Assembly: GCA_051294375.1 (NCBI GenBank)
Contig: CM119263.1
Span: 23,648,762 to 23,712,761 of the forward strand
DNA from: Paraspadella gotoi
Lineage: Eukaryota > Animalia > Chaetognatha
Direction: 5' to 3'
Length of the DNA: 64,000 nt
Positions 41,679 to 57,666 of the stretch are shown here, piece after piece. The notes beneath the pieces were generated by a model. The model did not search any database and was not told the origin of the DNA. It saw only the letters and a list, made by a program, of their open reading frames with translations. The position numbers and the translations under genes are program-made. Each line of letters starts with the position of its first letter. Position 1 is the stretch's first letter.

Positions 41679-42105
41679 GATGAAAGAAGAGGAGAGAGAG
41701 AGAGAGAGAGAGAGCGCCCTCAACAAATAGCAAAAAGAGGGAGAGCGAGCCTTGACTGATGTCGGGGCAAGAGGTATCTGGCAAAAACGTTGGTTTTTTA
41801 TTATTTTTATATTTTTGTTTTCGCTTGTTTACAAATTTCTTTTAGACCTTTTCCGGTAAATTTGATTAAATTTCAACTTATAGGTTAATTGTTGCAATGT
41901 CTCAAACCAAAAACGCAATTTTTAACTAAGCGAAAAGAGTCAAATAGTTTAAACAAATTTTTCTGTCGTTTCACTAGTCTCTCCATAAAACTTTTTACAC
42001 ACAAAAAACCAAAACAAAAGGATAAAAGGTATTTTTACTGGTCATATATTTTGGAAAAAAAAGTTATTTTCCTGCCGTTTTGTAGCCGTCGCCTCGGTTC
42101 GCCTT

Positions 42106-43156
42106 TTAAAAATGCCTTCGCCTTCTCGGGCGCGCCGTCGGAAATGCTCGCCCCGACCCGGCGAAGACTCTCGAACCCCGCGGGGCCGTGCCAGCCCTCC
42201 GCGGCCAGCTGGCCACGCCCTCCACGGGCACGCGTAGCCCCCATCGCGGCGTGTGAGCCTGATCGGGCCGCCAGCCAATGGGATCCTCGACCGGCTGAAA
42301 TTCTACGAAAGCGTCGGGCGCCATCCACGAGGGAAAGGCCGGACGCCTTGTGGCGGAGGANNNNNNNNNNATCCACGAGGGAAAGGCCGGACGCCTTGTA
42401 GCGGAGGAGGAAGAGGAGGAGGAAGAAGAGAAGGAGGATGTCGTCGTCGTCTCGGCGGGAGAGGGGGTGACGAGCCTGGGAGAGGTAGATCGGGTCACGC
42501 CGGGATTTTCCTCTGGCGTCGGTGTTGGTTCTGGGCTCTCCTCCGGCGCGACGTCGAGGACGACGTCTTCATCATCGGCGTCGTCTTTCGTCGTCGCCTG
42601 CGACACCTTGTGGACGAACCGCTTGGCGCCGACGGTCTCGACGGGAAGCGTCCCCTCGCGTTTGTAGTCGTTGGCGTGAAGGGTTTTCGTGATGGTCGTT
42701 TCTACGACGCCGCCTGGAGGTAAGGGCGAGAATAAGGATGAACGGTAAGGTAAGTGAAGAGAGTAAATCGCTGCGAACCTCGAGGCTTTTGTAAATATTT
42801 AAATATTTAAATATTTGATCATGAGATCTTTTTTTTTATCTGCTTTTTTTTTGCAAATTTTTTTTTTCCCCTCTTTTCTGATTTCTTCTTCGAAACCTCT
42901 TATCAACTTTTTCTCCCCATTTTTTCCCTTAGTTTTTTGTACAGTTTTTCGTCTCATTAGGGCACCCTCTCTTCGACACCCTTTTTTCCACACCCCCAAT
43001 TTCCACTCCCTATATTCCACACCCCGGTTTCTCCCCTCTCCCGACAACCCACGAAGTTGAACGCAACAAAGCGAGACTTTTATATTTGGCTTCAATTTTA
43101 ACAGAAACTTTGACGGCATTCTAACGTGATGTTTTCAAAACCTTTGCTCCCTGCCG

Positions 43157-43194
<38 letters not shown>

Positions 43195-43203
43195 CTTCTC
43201 TCT

Positions 43204-43243
<40 letters not shown>

Positions 43244-43661
43244 AGATAAAACCAAAATGCGCTATTAGTAGGACTACGCGAACATACAAACTTTTTAACT
43301 TAGGATAGAAATTCTTAAGAGTTTCCGCGATTATTTATTAGACATTTCGTGCCTTTCCCTCATCCCTCGAAAAATGGAGAAAAAAAAAGCGACGCCTCCT
43401 CGAGAAACCCTAACTTTGCTCCAGCCCGACCCATCAAAAGGGAGAGGAAAAAAAACCTCGTAAAAATACTGAGTCACCCTTTTTTTTTATGGACCACTAA
43501 TCTTTTTATCCTCCAGTATGCTCTCACTCTCTCTCTCTCACTCTCACTCCAGTATGCTCTCACTCTTTACAACCAAAAAGGTGCGTTTTTTTCCAGCCAC
43601 CAAGAAAAATATTTTTCTTAGCAACCTCCTTTCCAGGACGGAACTCAAGTCCGGGCTATAA

Positions 43662-43709
<48 letters not shown>

Positions 43710-45955
43710 TCCTTTAACGAAAACACGTCGTGTTGTCATAAATCCCTTTATTAATTAGTAAGACAAGGGCCGTGACGGGCCGAGGCACACTTTGAGGAGG
43801 TGTCCTCGCGAAGCTCCAATTCGTCGTAAATCAATAAAGGGTCGGAGAAGGCGAAGCGTTTATGACAACCGACGTCGCCGGCGGCGGGCGGGGCCGCTGC
43901 GGATTCGATCTTCCTTAGAGGCTTCAAAATATTCTGACGGCAACACCACCCCTAATATCTTCTACCAAATTTATCCAATATTTCTCGAATTTAAAAAAAA
44001 AATCATATTTTGAGTAGTTCGGTCTTGATTATAAGTTTATAACTAATTACTCCTTTCATATTACTTGACACACTGATTTAAAATTATTTTGAAATGAAAA
44101 AAAGAAAAGTCGATGTATTTTGAAGCCCGTGAAGATATTGACGTCATTTCGTACTTGAGGAAAAGTTGTAAACATTAAAAGGATGTCTTTTTGTTTTCTC
44201 TTTTTAAGTATTAAAACCTAATTCAGGCGCGTCGAAATTTTTTAATTATTTACGAATGTCGACATAATTTTTTTTTTTCCTATTTTTTTTTAATTGTAAA
44301 GAATAGAATACGATTTTTTTGACGAGCTAGGGTTCAATTGAAACCTCTCAAAAATAATTATTAATTAAAAATTTTATCTCATTTATATATATTTTTTTGG
44401 GTTCTAGAAATCTCAACCTCAAGGTTTCTATTCTGTCTTAAAATTAAATAGTGTTATTTGTGAAATTTCTTAAGTAAGACAAAAAATAAAACCCCAAGTG
44501 TCCAAGAAAATCAATACAGATTAGTTCCACAACAACAACATGATGAAAAGCAACAACAACAACTTGGCTAAAATTAACGATGATAACGTGAAAAACGAAT
44601 GTGTTAAATCCATTAGAGAAGGAACGACTAATTTAGATTCAAGATCCCGAAATCTGGTCGAAAAAAAAAGTCATTTCGCACTTCGAAAAATTTGAGTCTT
44701 CCCGAGGTCATTGAACCGAGCAAAAAGTCATGACTAGAAGATGTGAAAGGGGCGGATTACCCAGTGACCACTACAGTTCTTTAACCATGTCACAGGGTTG
44801 AAGGGCTGAAATTAAACTTCTACTGTGGTCCGAAATTCCTATCGCGAAAGATAAAGTCGTTTCGGTATTAAAATGCGGAAAAAAATTCAGACCAATTCGT
44901 TTTTTATTTATTTTTTTATTTATTTGGGGACACAAAATAAAATAGTCACAAAAGACACAAAAGAGGTTTTTGAACTCTTGATATTAATTGTTCTGCTGTA
45001 GATGTGGCTAAGATTTTTGAAAATCTATTTTGAGTTATTTTTCAATCGATATCTTTTTTTATATATATATATATATATATTAAGATTTAAGAAATTAAAT
45101 GGCCACAATTTTCGAGAAAAAACTCTTAAATTTTATTTTACCTCCGGCACTGTCGTTACGAAATTTCTTGAATTTGGTCAAAAAGGTGGCGCCCTGCTGC
45201 GCCAGTTGCGCGGGTCTTTTCTGCGGCTTCCTGAACCCAATGGCATCGGCGGCGGCGGAAGCTGAAGCGCCGTTGCGAACCACCGACGCCGCGGCCGATG
45301 CCACAAGCGGCCGCGCCAGTTTGGGAAGGGCGGCGACGAAGGCGTCGGTGACCGGAGACGGTTTGGACGGCGGTGCGGCGCTGTAGGCGGCGGGCGGTGT
45401 CCCCATAGCTGGCGCGGTAGAGGCGTCAACTCCGGCGTCCAACGTTCCGTCGTCGTCGGCGGCAGATCCCGTGCCGTCCTCCATTGGGGAACTTCGGAGA
45501 TTTCCAGGAAAGTCAGCGACTGGCACATTCTGGAATAAGAATAAAGAATAAACCTCTCCATTCACCTCCGTCTCTCATTTTCGCTTTTCTTTATTTACCT
45601 CTCCTCTGGCGCCATCCTCCGAAACGGCCGACGACGTCGTGGCATCGCCTCTCGAAAGCACCACCTCGTAAGCCGTCGTTTCGTTTCCGGTTTGACGCAA
45701 GACGCCAAGGCGTCGTACTTCCGGTTTTGAGGGGACGGCCGAGTCGCCGGCAGGGGCGCGCGAGTCTCGTGGAGGCGACGCCCACTGACCGATGACGACG
45801 ATTATCGCCTCGGACGACGATGACGACGACGGAGGCGCGGATTCGGCGGGAGCGGGGGCGTCGACGCGAGAGGGGGTTAGCGGAGCAGGATTCACGCGGG
45901 GCGTCAAAAACGCGTAACATACGACAAACTGCAGAAGGTATACGAAGGAATTCAT
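42106..45955 (-). CDS. Orphan putative secreted Ser/Pro/Ala/Thr-rich protein, 3 exons: 45955-45599, 45529-45142, 42713-42106 (~440 aa)
   Basis: Signal-peptide-like MNSFVYLLQFVVCYAFLTPRVNPAP; GC-rich exons joined by GT-AG introns in matching phases (GAG|gtaaat..ccag|AAT; G|gtaaaa..ccag|GC). No recognisable domain. Exon 3 crosses a 10-N gap with duplicated flanks. Confidence 0.65.
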
Positions 45956-46441
45956 TGTCCGAAGATTGTTTTGTTAATTTTTGTATGTTTGGTTTGCTTC
46001 TGTAAAATTTCCGTTCTGCATGCAGTTTTTTTTTTATTATTATTTTATTATTTTTTTATTATTTTGCTCTTCTTAGAAAATAGATCTCAATGTGGTAGCG
46101 GCGAAAGGAGTCAAAGATCGATCCAGCAGCTGTATACACTGCAGCTGCCGCTGTCGCTGCCTCGGAGATGATTTGTCTCCACTCACACCCCGCCCTCGAT
46201 CGCGATGAATTCCCAAAGACGAAAAATCGAGAAAAATAAAGTCTTGTTTATTTATTTTTTTTATTTTTTTTTTTAAATCAGAATTCCGAGTCGTTGTTTT
46301 CGTCGTCGTCGTCGTCGTCGTCGAAGAAAAAGAAAAAAAAGGACGTCGATTGGAAGAGGAAAAAGAATTGAGGAAAAATCGGAAGAATCACGTGAAATGG
46401 GAGACGTGACGAGTTCACCTGGAAGAGAACGTGAGATGGAA

Positions 46442-46542
<101 letters not shown>

Positions 46543-46543
46543 T

Positions 46544-46907
46544 ATTTCATTTTAAATCAATTAATAAAAAGGGCTTACTGTCTCTATATCTGTTGTGTAA
46601 TGTTAATGCGTTATGTCATATGAACTATAAATTATAAAATCCGTAGATATTTAGGTGATTATCAAAATTTATTTCGAAGGAGCGCATTTAATTTTTTATT
46701 ATTTTTTAAGAAGGAAACAGAAAAATTTTTACCCTGCGTCGTGGCGATACATTTTCAAAATTTTTTTAAAAGGTTTTGGAGATATAAAAAGTATACACTT
46801 CCGCTCTTAAGGATGGAGTGACGCCCAACCAAAAGTAAATTTTAACAATTTTCTTTCCCTTCGCGATAAATCGACAAAAAATGAAATGATAATTCTGGAA
46901 GGGGAAG

Positions 46908-46981
<74 letters not shown>

Positions 46982-48453
46982 AGAGAGGAGAGAGTCCCTT
47001 AAGAAGACGATTCGTGAAAAAATTACGAAGATGAACCTGTTAAGTTTCGGAGTTTTATAGGAGAAGAGAGGAGGAAGAGGAGGAGGAAGAGGAAGATGAG
47101 GAGGATGAGTCGGGGTGGAGGCGCGCCGTCGTGAATTAGGCGAGGAGGGAAAAAATGAAAAATGATAATGAAAAAAAATATTAAAATTTAAAGGAAAACG
47201 AAAAAAAAAAAGAAAAAATGGATCGGGGACTGACGGGACCCAAAAAAAAAAAACCCTCGTTGCGCCACGGGGGCGGTAGAAAACGGACTGGATTTCGCGG
47301 GGGACGGGAACAGTTTATGAAAAATTATGAATAATTTTAATAAAAAATATTTTTCGGCAAAACTTTCAACAGTTAATGACTTAATCACGAGATTACATGT
47401 ATTGCCCTCGATTTCACATTTGTTGTTCTGTATTCCTGACTTTATGTGCTCCCTCCCACCCGACTTTCTTTCTCCTTTAGAACTACCCCCTCAACACCCT
47501 GCCCCTCAACACCCCGCACACTAAAAAAAAAAATAATTAATTGGAATCACGCTCTCGACTTCGTCGGCGAATATGAAGAGAGATTCATATTCGCGATAAA
47601 AAAAAAATTGAAGGCGAAATGAATGGATTCATAACCGAGATAGAAAACGAAAGATTGAAAGAGACAATGCTTGAAGGAGCGAGAGATTCACTATACCGTA
47701 ACTATCCGCGATGGTGAGTTTACGATTACATAAATGAATGAATGAAACGATAACCAATCGAGATTCATACACGATACGAGGCGAGATTTCTATAAAGAGA
47801 TTATGAATCGAGATTCAAAAAGATATATGAGGCGAAAGATGCAAAAAAATGGGAGATCAAAGTCGGCGTCTAAAAATCGCCGGATATCAACATTGCGCCG
47901 GGAGTTCGGGCGTTCCGCGGAGTGGGGTCGGTGGGGATAATTCGAAAGATTTCGGGGGAGTAGAGGTAGGGGGGAGAGTTGTTGGTCTGCCATAGGGTCT
48001 AGGTGTAGGAGGACCACCGGGGGCAGCTTCAGGTGCTGAAGGGGGCCTCGAGGATAGAGGCACCTCGGGACGGCAGATGCTCTCGGAAAAACAGAAGATG
48101 TAATGACGATAAAAGATTCAAAACCCTGATTCGTGGCTCCCGAGAGAGAGAGAGAGAGAGAGAGAGCAGACCGAGAGAGAGAGAGGATGAGAGAGAGAGA
48201 GAGAGAGAGAGATGAGAGAAGAGAGAGGAGGCGAGAAAGGAGAGAGAAAGGGAAGATAATTAATTTTTGCGGAAAAAAGAAAACAGCGACTTTTGCCAAT
48301 TTCTCGATTGGGCTGAGACTCAACGGAATAATAAGAATAAGAAAAAATTATTTTAATTTAATTACTGGCATAAAAGATGTTCAACACTGGTATTTAAGTA
48401 TATACACTAATTTTTGTTAGTCTATTTATATTTATATTATATTATAAATTATT

Positions 48454-48518
<65 letters not shown>

Positions 48519-49517
48519 GTCTCTCTCTCTCTTCTCTTCTTTTCTTCTTCGCACTTCTTCGACGAACCTGCGTTAAAAAAACCGTGGCCCTTCGTCAGTT
48601 CTTCACCCCGTTGAGAAGGAACCCTGGAGAGGCCAGCCTCCTCCCCCGCCGCTCCCCGATCGCAGCCCTTTTACCCCAGGGGCCGCTCGCTTCCCCCTTC
48701 GCCCCTCCGGGTCGCTCTCGAGGTTTCTGTCAGTCTCATCTCTCTCCTGAGTCTTTGTTGTTGACCGCCTCGAATGTTCTTTCTCGAACAACAACAACGA
48801 CATCCGCGAGCGAACGACAAACAAAACAATGAGGTGACCAAAAAAAAACCGGAAGATGATCGACTTCGGCAAAGATGTTTTAAAAAATGCTCTTATTAAT
48901 TTTTTTTACAGGTAGAAAAATACAAATTCTTTATGTTTATTTACAACAACGATTATTTAGTTATATGAAAAGACAGACAGTTTTTCGGTAATCATATTTT
49001 TGACCGAAAAAACTTAAGCTGAAGTGAGATAAGAATAGACTAACTTCTACCAATTACTCCCTCCATCTAATTAATTAGCCCGAACAAAAGAACTACATAT
49101 CTCTCTCTTTTTNNNNNNNNNNNNNNNNNNNNNNNNNATTTCATTTTAAATACAATTAATAAAAAGGGCTTACTGTCTCTATATCTGTTGTGTAATGTTA
49201 ATGCGTTATGTCATATGAACTATAAATTATAAAACTCCGTAGATATTTAGGTGATTATCAAAATTTTATTTCGAAGGAGCGCATTTAATTTTTTTTTTTT
49301 AAAGAAGGAAACAGAAAAATTTTACCCTGCGTCGTGGCGATACATTTCAAAATTTTTTTAAAAGGTTTTTGGAGATATAAAAAGTATACACTTCCGCTCC
49401 TTAAGGATGAGTGACGCCCAACCAAAGTAAATTTTAAGACATTTTTCTTTCCCTTCGCGATAAATCGACAAAAAATGAAATGATATAATTCTGAGGAAGA
49501 GAAGGAGCGGAGACAGA

Positions 49518-49592
<75 letters not shown>

Positions 49593-50761
49593 GTCCCTTA
49601 GAAGACGATTCGTGAAAAAATTACGAAGATGAACCTGTTAAGTTTCGGAGTTTTATAGGAGGAAGAGGAGGAGGAAGAGGAGGTAGGATAAGAGGTAAGC
49701 ATGAGGAAGGATGAGGTCGGGGTGGAGGCGCGCCGTCGTGATATTAGGCGAGGAGGGAAAAATGAAAAATGATAAATGAAAAAAAATATTAAAATTTAAA
49801 GGGAAAACGAAAAAAAAAAAAGAAAAAAAAAAACTGGACTCGGGGACTGACGGGACCCAAAAAAAAAAAAACCCTCGTTGCGACGGGGGCGGTAGAAAAC
49901 GGACTGGATTTCGCGGGGGAGGGGAACAGTTTATGAAAAATTATGAATAATTTAATAAAAAATATTTTTCGGAAACTTTCAACAGTTAATGACTTAATCA
50001 CGAGATACATGTATTGCCCTCGATTTCACCTATTTGTGTTCTGTATTCCTGACTTTATGTGCTCCCTCCCACCCGACTTTCTTTCTCCCTTTAGAACTAC
50101 CCCCCCTCAACACCCCTGCCCCCTCAACACCCCGCACACTAAAAAAAAAAATAATTAATTGGAATCACGCTCTCGACTTCGTCGGCGAAATATGAAGAGA
50201 GATTCATATTCGCGATAAAAAAAAAATTGAAGGCGAAATGAATGGATTCATAACCGAGATAGAAAACGAAAGATTGAAAGAGATAATGCTTGAAGGAGCG
50301 AGAGATTCATATACCGTAACTATCCGCGATGGTGAGTTTACGATTCATAAATGAATGAATGAAACGATAACCAATCGAGATTCATACACGATACGAGGCG
50401 AGATTCATAAAGAGATATGAATCGAGATTCATAAAGAGATATATGAGGCGAAAGATGCGAAAAAATGGGAGATCAAAGTCGGCGTCTAAAAAATCCGCCG
50501 GATATCAACATTACGCCCGGGAGATTCGGGCGTTCGCGGGAGTGGGGTCGGTGGGGATAATTCGAAAGATTTCGGGGAGAATAGAGGTAGGGGGGGGAGA
50601 GTTGTTGGTCTGCCATAGGGTCTAGGTGTAGGAGGACCCCGGGGGCAGCTTCAGGTGCTGAAGGGGGCCTCGAGGATAGAGGCACCTCGGGACGGCAGAT
50701 GCTCTCGGAAAAACAGAAGATGTAATGACGATAAAAGATTCAAAACCCTGATTCGTGGCTC

Positions 50762-50835
<74 letters not shown>

Positions 50836-51708
50836 AAGGGAGAGAAAGGGAGAGATAATTAATTTTTGCGGAAAAAGAAACAGCGACTTTTGCCAATTTC
50901 TCGATTTGGGCTGAGACTCAACGGAATAATAAGAATAAGAAAAAATAATTTTAATTTAATTACTGGCATAAAAGATTGTTCAACACTGGTATTTAAGTAT
51001 TACACTAATTTTTGTTAGTCTATTTATATTTTATATTTATATTTATAAAATTATTTCTTTCTCTCTCTCTCTCTCCTCTCCTCTCCTTCTCCTCTCTTCT
51101 CCTCTCCCTCTCCTCCTCTCTCTCTTCTCCTCTCTTCTCTTCTCTCTCTTCTCTTCCTGCACTTCTTCGACGAACCTGCGTTAAAAAACCCGTGGCCCTT
51201 CGTCAGTTCTTCACCCCGTTGAGAAGGAACCCCTGGAGAGGCCCAGCCTCTCCCCCCGCCCTCCCCCGATCGCAGCCCTACCTCCCAGGGGCCGCTCGCT
51301 TCCCCCTTCGCCCCTCCGGGTCGCCTCCGAGGTTTCCTGTCAGTCTCATCTCTCCTGAGTCTTTGTTGTTTGACCGCCTCGAATGTTCTTTCTCGAACAA
51401 CAACAACGACATCCGCGAGCGAACGACAAACAAAAACAATGAGGTGAACAAAAAAAAAACCGGAAGGATGATCGACTTCGCAAAGATGTTTTAAAAAAAT
51501 GCTCTTATTAATTTTTTTACAGGTAGAAAAATACAAATTCTTTATGTTTATTTACAAACAACGATTATTTAGTTATATGAAAAGACAGACAGTTTTCGGA
51601 TAATCTATTTTTGACCGAAAAAACTTAAAGCTGAAGTGAATAATGAATAGACTAACTTCTACCAAATTACTCCCTCCATCTAATAATTAGCCCGAACAAA
51701 AGAACATA
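46544..51708 (+). repeat. ~2.55-kb direct duplication (46544-49099 vs 49138-51708) around an N gap; probably an uncollapsed contig overlap or haplotig
   Basis: The two copies are colinear and differ mainly by homopolymer indels and microsatellite length; the junction is exactly at the gap 49113-49137. Confidence 0.9.
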
Positions 51709-51745
51709 CAGCCTAATCTTCACCTTTACCGAATTCGACCAATCG

Positions 51746-55210
<3,465 letters not shown>

Positions 55211-55337
55211 CGATTTCGTTGACATCCTTGGCAATGACCACTGGAAACGTCTGAACAATATCAATAAAGATTTTTTCTTTTAGACTTGGCGTGTGTCGTG
55301 CAAAATATTTAAATTTCTAGGTAATTTCCGATTTTAT

Positions 55338-55432
<95 letters not shown>

Positions 55433-55467
55433 GCCATCGGGCAGAAAGATTGACGTCATCGGAAACG

Positions 55468-55542
<75 letters not shown>

Positions 55543-55899
55543 TTCTCTCTTCTCTTCAAGTTGGGACCAGAAGCGCGGTGCGACGCGAGGGGCGGTACAT
55601 CAAAAGAATTTTGCCTCGAAACCTGGGAGGTCTTTCCCCCTTTTCTCTTCTCGTTTCCTTTCCTTTCAAATGAAATTCCCCCCCTTTTCTTTTTTTCCAC
55701 AGTTTTTTTTTTTTTCGCCGTCGCGATAGCGTCAACTCGTTAGCGCGGAATTTCTGGTTCTGTCGGGTCGATGTTGGCCACGGATTTCCCATCTAAATTT
55801 GAGGGAACTAAGGAAATAAAGAACGAAAACAGGAAGAAAAAAAAACCAGAAATAAAAAAGAAATAAAGAAAAAATAAAGAAAAAATACAAGAAAAAAAA

Positions 55900-55932
<33 letters not shown>

Positions 55933-56109
55933 ATAACCAGCAAGTACAGGGTTTTACGCTGCTTTTCTCTCTTATAATGGACGCACCTCAATTATTAACT
56001 AAATTGAAAGTAAACTATTAATCCGAAAATATAATTAATTATTTGAAGAATAAGTTTAGAAAATTTTAAAGATATATGGTGGACTAAAATCCACCAACCG
56101 TTCGTCAGA

Positions 56110-56280
56110 GGCGATTGGTGCCGGAGGCAAGCATTCCCTCCCAACCAAAGGTCCAGGGTTCTAGCCCGGTGTTCGTCTGCAGTTAAGAGGGACGGGGCGC
56201 TTAACCCGCCTGTAACATGGTGTTACAGCCTGATCCGAAGCTCAGGGACTGCTTACATTGAACGGTTCTGTTAACACTTA
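56110..56280 (+). mobile_element. Possible tRNA-derived SINE (degenerate tRNA-Gly-like head)
   Basis: A-box-like TGGTGCCGGAGG and B-box-like GGTTCTAGCCC at tRNA spacing, followed by a GC-richer body; no intact cloverleaf. Confidence 0.3.
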
Positions 56281-57666
56281 TCAATAATTACTGTCTCTTC
56301 AGATAAAACTTTTCTCCTTTAAAGATAAAGCTGAGTAAAAACATTATCTTTCATTTTCATAATATATAGAAAAATCAGACTTCAGAAATATCATAACTAT
56401 GTACACAAAATATTAAAAACTAATACAAGGACGGAAAAACAGATAGCAACTTATTGCCGGATTATGTCACCTGTCAAACTCTTCAAAAACAAAAATATTA
56501 CTCAGCGCTTTATGAAGTTTATCGACTTTAAATAGATCTCTAACTATTTTTATAAGTTTCGAAGACCGTTCCGCCTAGGTCGTGCTGTCATTGCCATTGT
56601 TTGTTTTTTTTCTTTCAAAGCTTTCTTTATTCTCCGTATCCAATAATTCGTGGAATGGGAGGAGCGGCGATAAAAAAGCGTTAAGTTTCAACGTTTATAA
56701 AGAACGCGCTCGAGAGTGTAAATCTCGTTCAATAAAGACATAGTTTTAACCCAACCCAAATGTTATGCCCGCCGGCATACCAGAAATTCTTTGGATAACT
56801 TTCAAACCTCATAAACTTGAAAATCCTGAAGTTTTTGTTTTTACTCGTCGAGATTTGAGAATCGCCCCAAAGAATGTTAAAAATAGACGCTATCTGCCAG
56901 GCTTCGGTTTTTTGTCGTGAGAACGAATTCGATGATTGATTTTGACAAGGCCAGAGCACTTTTTCCCTCTTCTCCGATTCTCGAAAGGTTTCGCGCCTCG
57001 ACGTCTTTTGTCAAATTGAAGCCCAATTGAACCACTGGCGACGTCGAGCGAAAAATTTAACAACGATGATGTTTTGTTTTGATCACAGTTGATTCAGTCA
57101 GCTGTCGTCAAGAACATCAAAGATTGTTTAGTAAAGAATTACTTCATACAAAGATGAGCACACACGCTAATTGTTATAATAGATACGTTAAATTTTACTA
57201 TTAAAACGTCGTTCGCCATTTTCGAGGGTACAAATAAAAGGCGTTTTGACCTATAATTTGGACCAAAACATAGTTTACGTCAGAAAAGCAGGATAGAAAA
57301 AATGAGAAACCTCGATCGTTTTAATTCGATCATCGGCTAAAGTTCATTGTTATTTCTCTTCGTTGTATCTTGTTCGATGACGCAATGATTTTTCTCGCTT
57401 GCCCGCTCTTGCCCCATCGCTGGGCAACAAAGACTAATCTCGATGTGACAGGATTGCGTCAGCCACTTCTGTTGTTCAACCGATATAAAAAAGATCCCGT
57501 CAATTTTCCTTTCAATTCGTATTCAGAATAATCATCGTATGAGGATAAGAATCGCAGCACAAGCCCATGTCTCCGAACCGAGGACGAACGTTGCAAATCG
57601 TCAGAAGACGACGAATACAAACAAATCATTGAAAACCAAAGGATCCCAAAGATTTGACCAAAGGCG

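Noticed and set aside
42323-42408. 38-bp direct repeat around a 10-N gap
   Set aside because: Contig-end overlap artefact; collapsing it preserves the reading frame.
46544-51708. Apparent tandem segmental duplication as a biological event
   Set aside because: The junction coincides with an N gap and the differences are mostly homopolymer indels, typical of an uncollapsed overlap or haplotig. Long reads or depth of coverage would settle it.
56729-57050. Short minus-strand ORFs divergent from GTPBP2
   Set aside because: No consistent frame, splice structure or recognisable motif.
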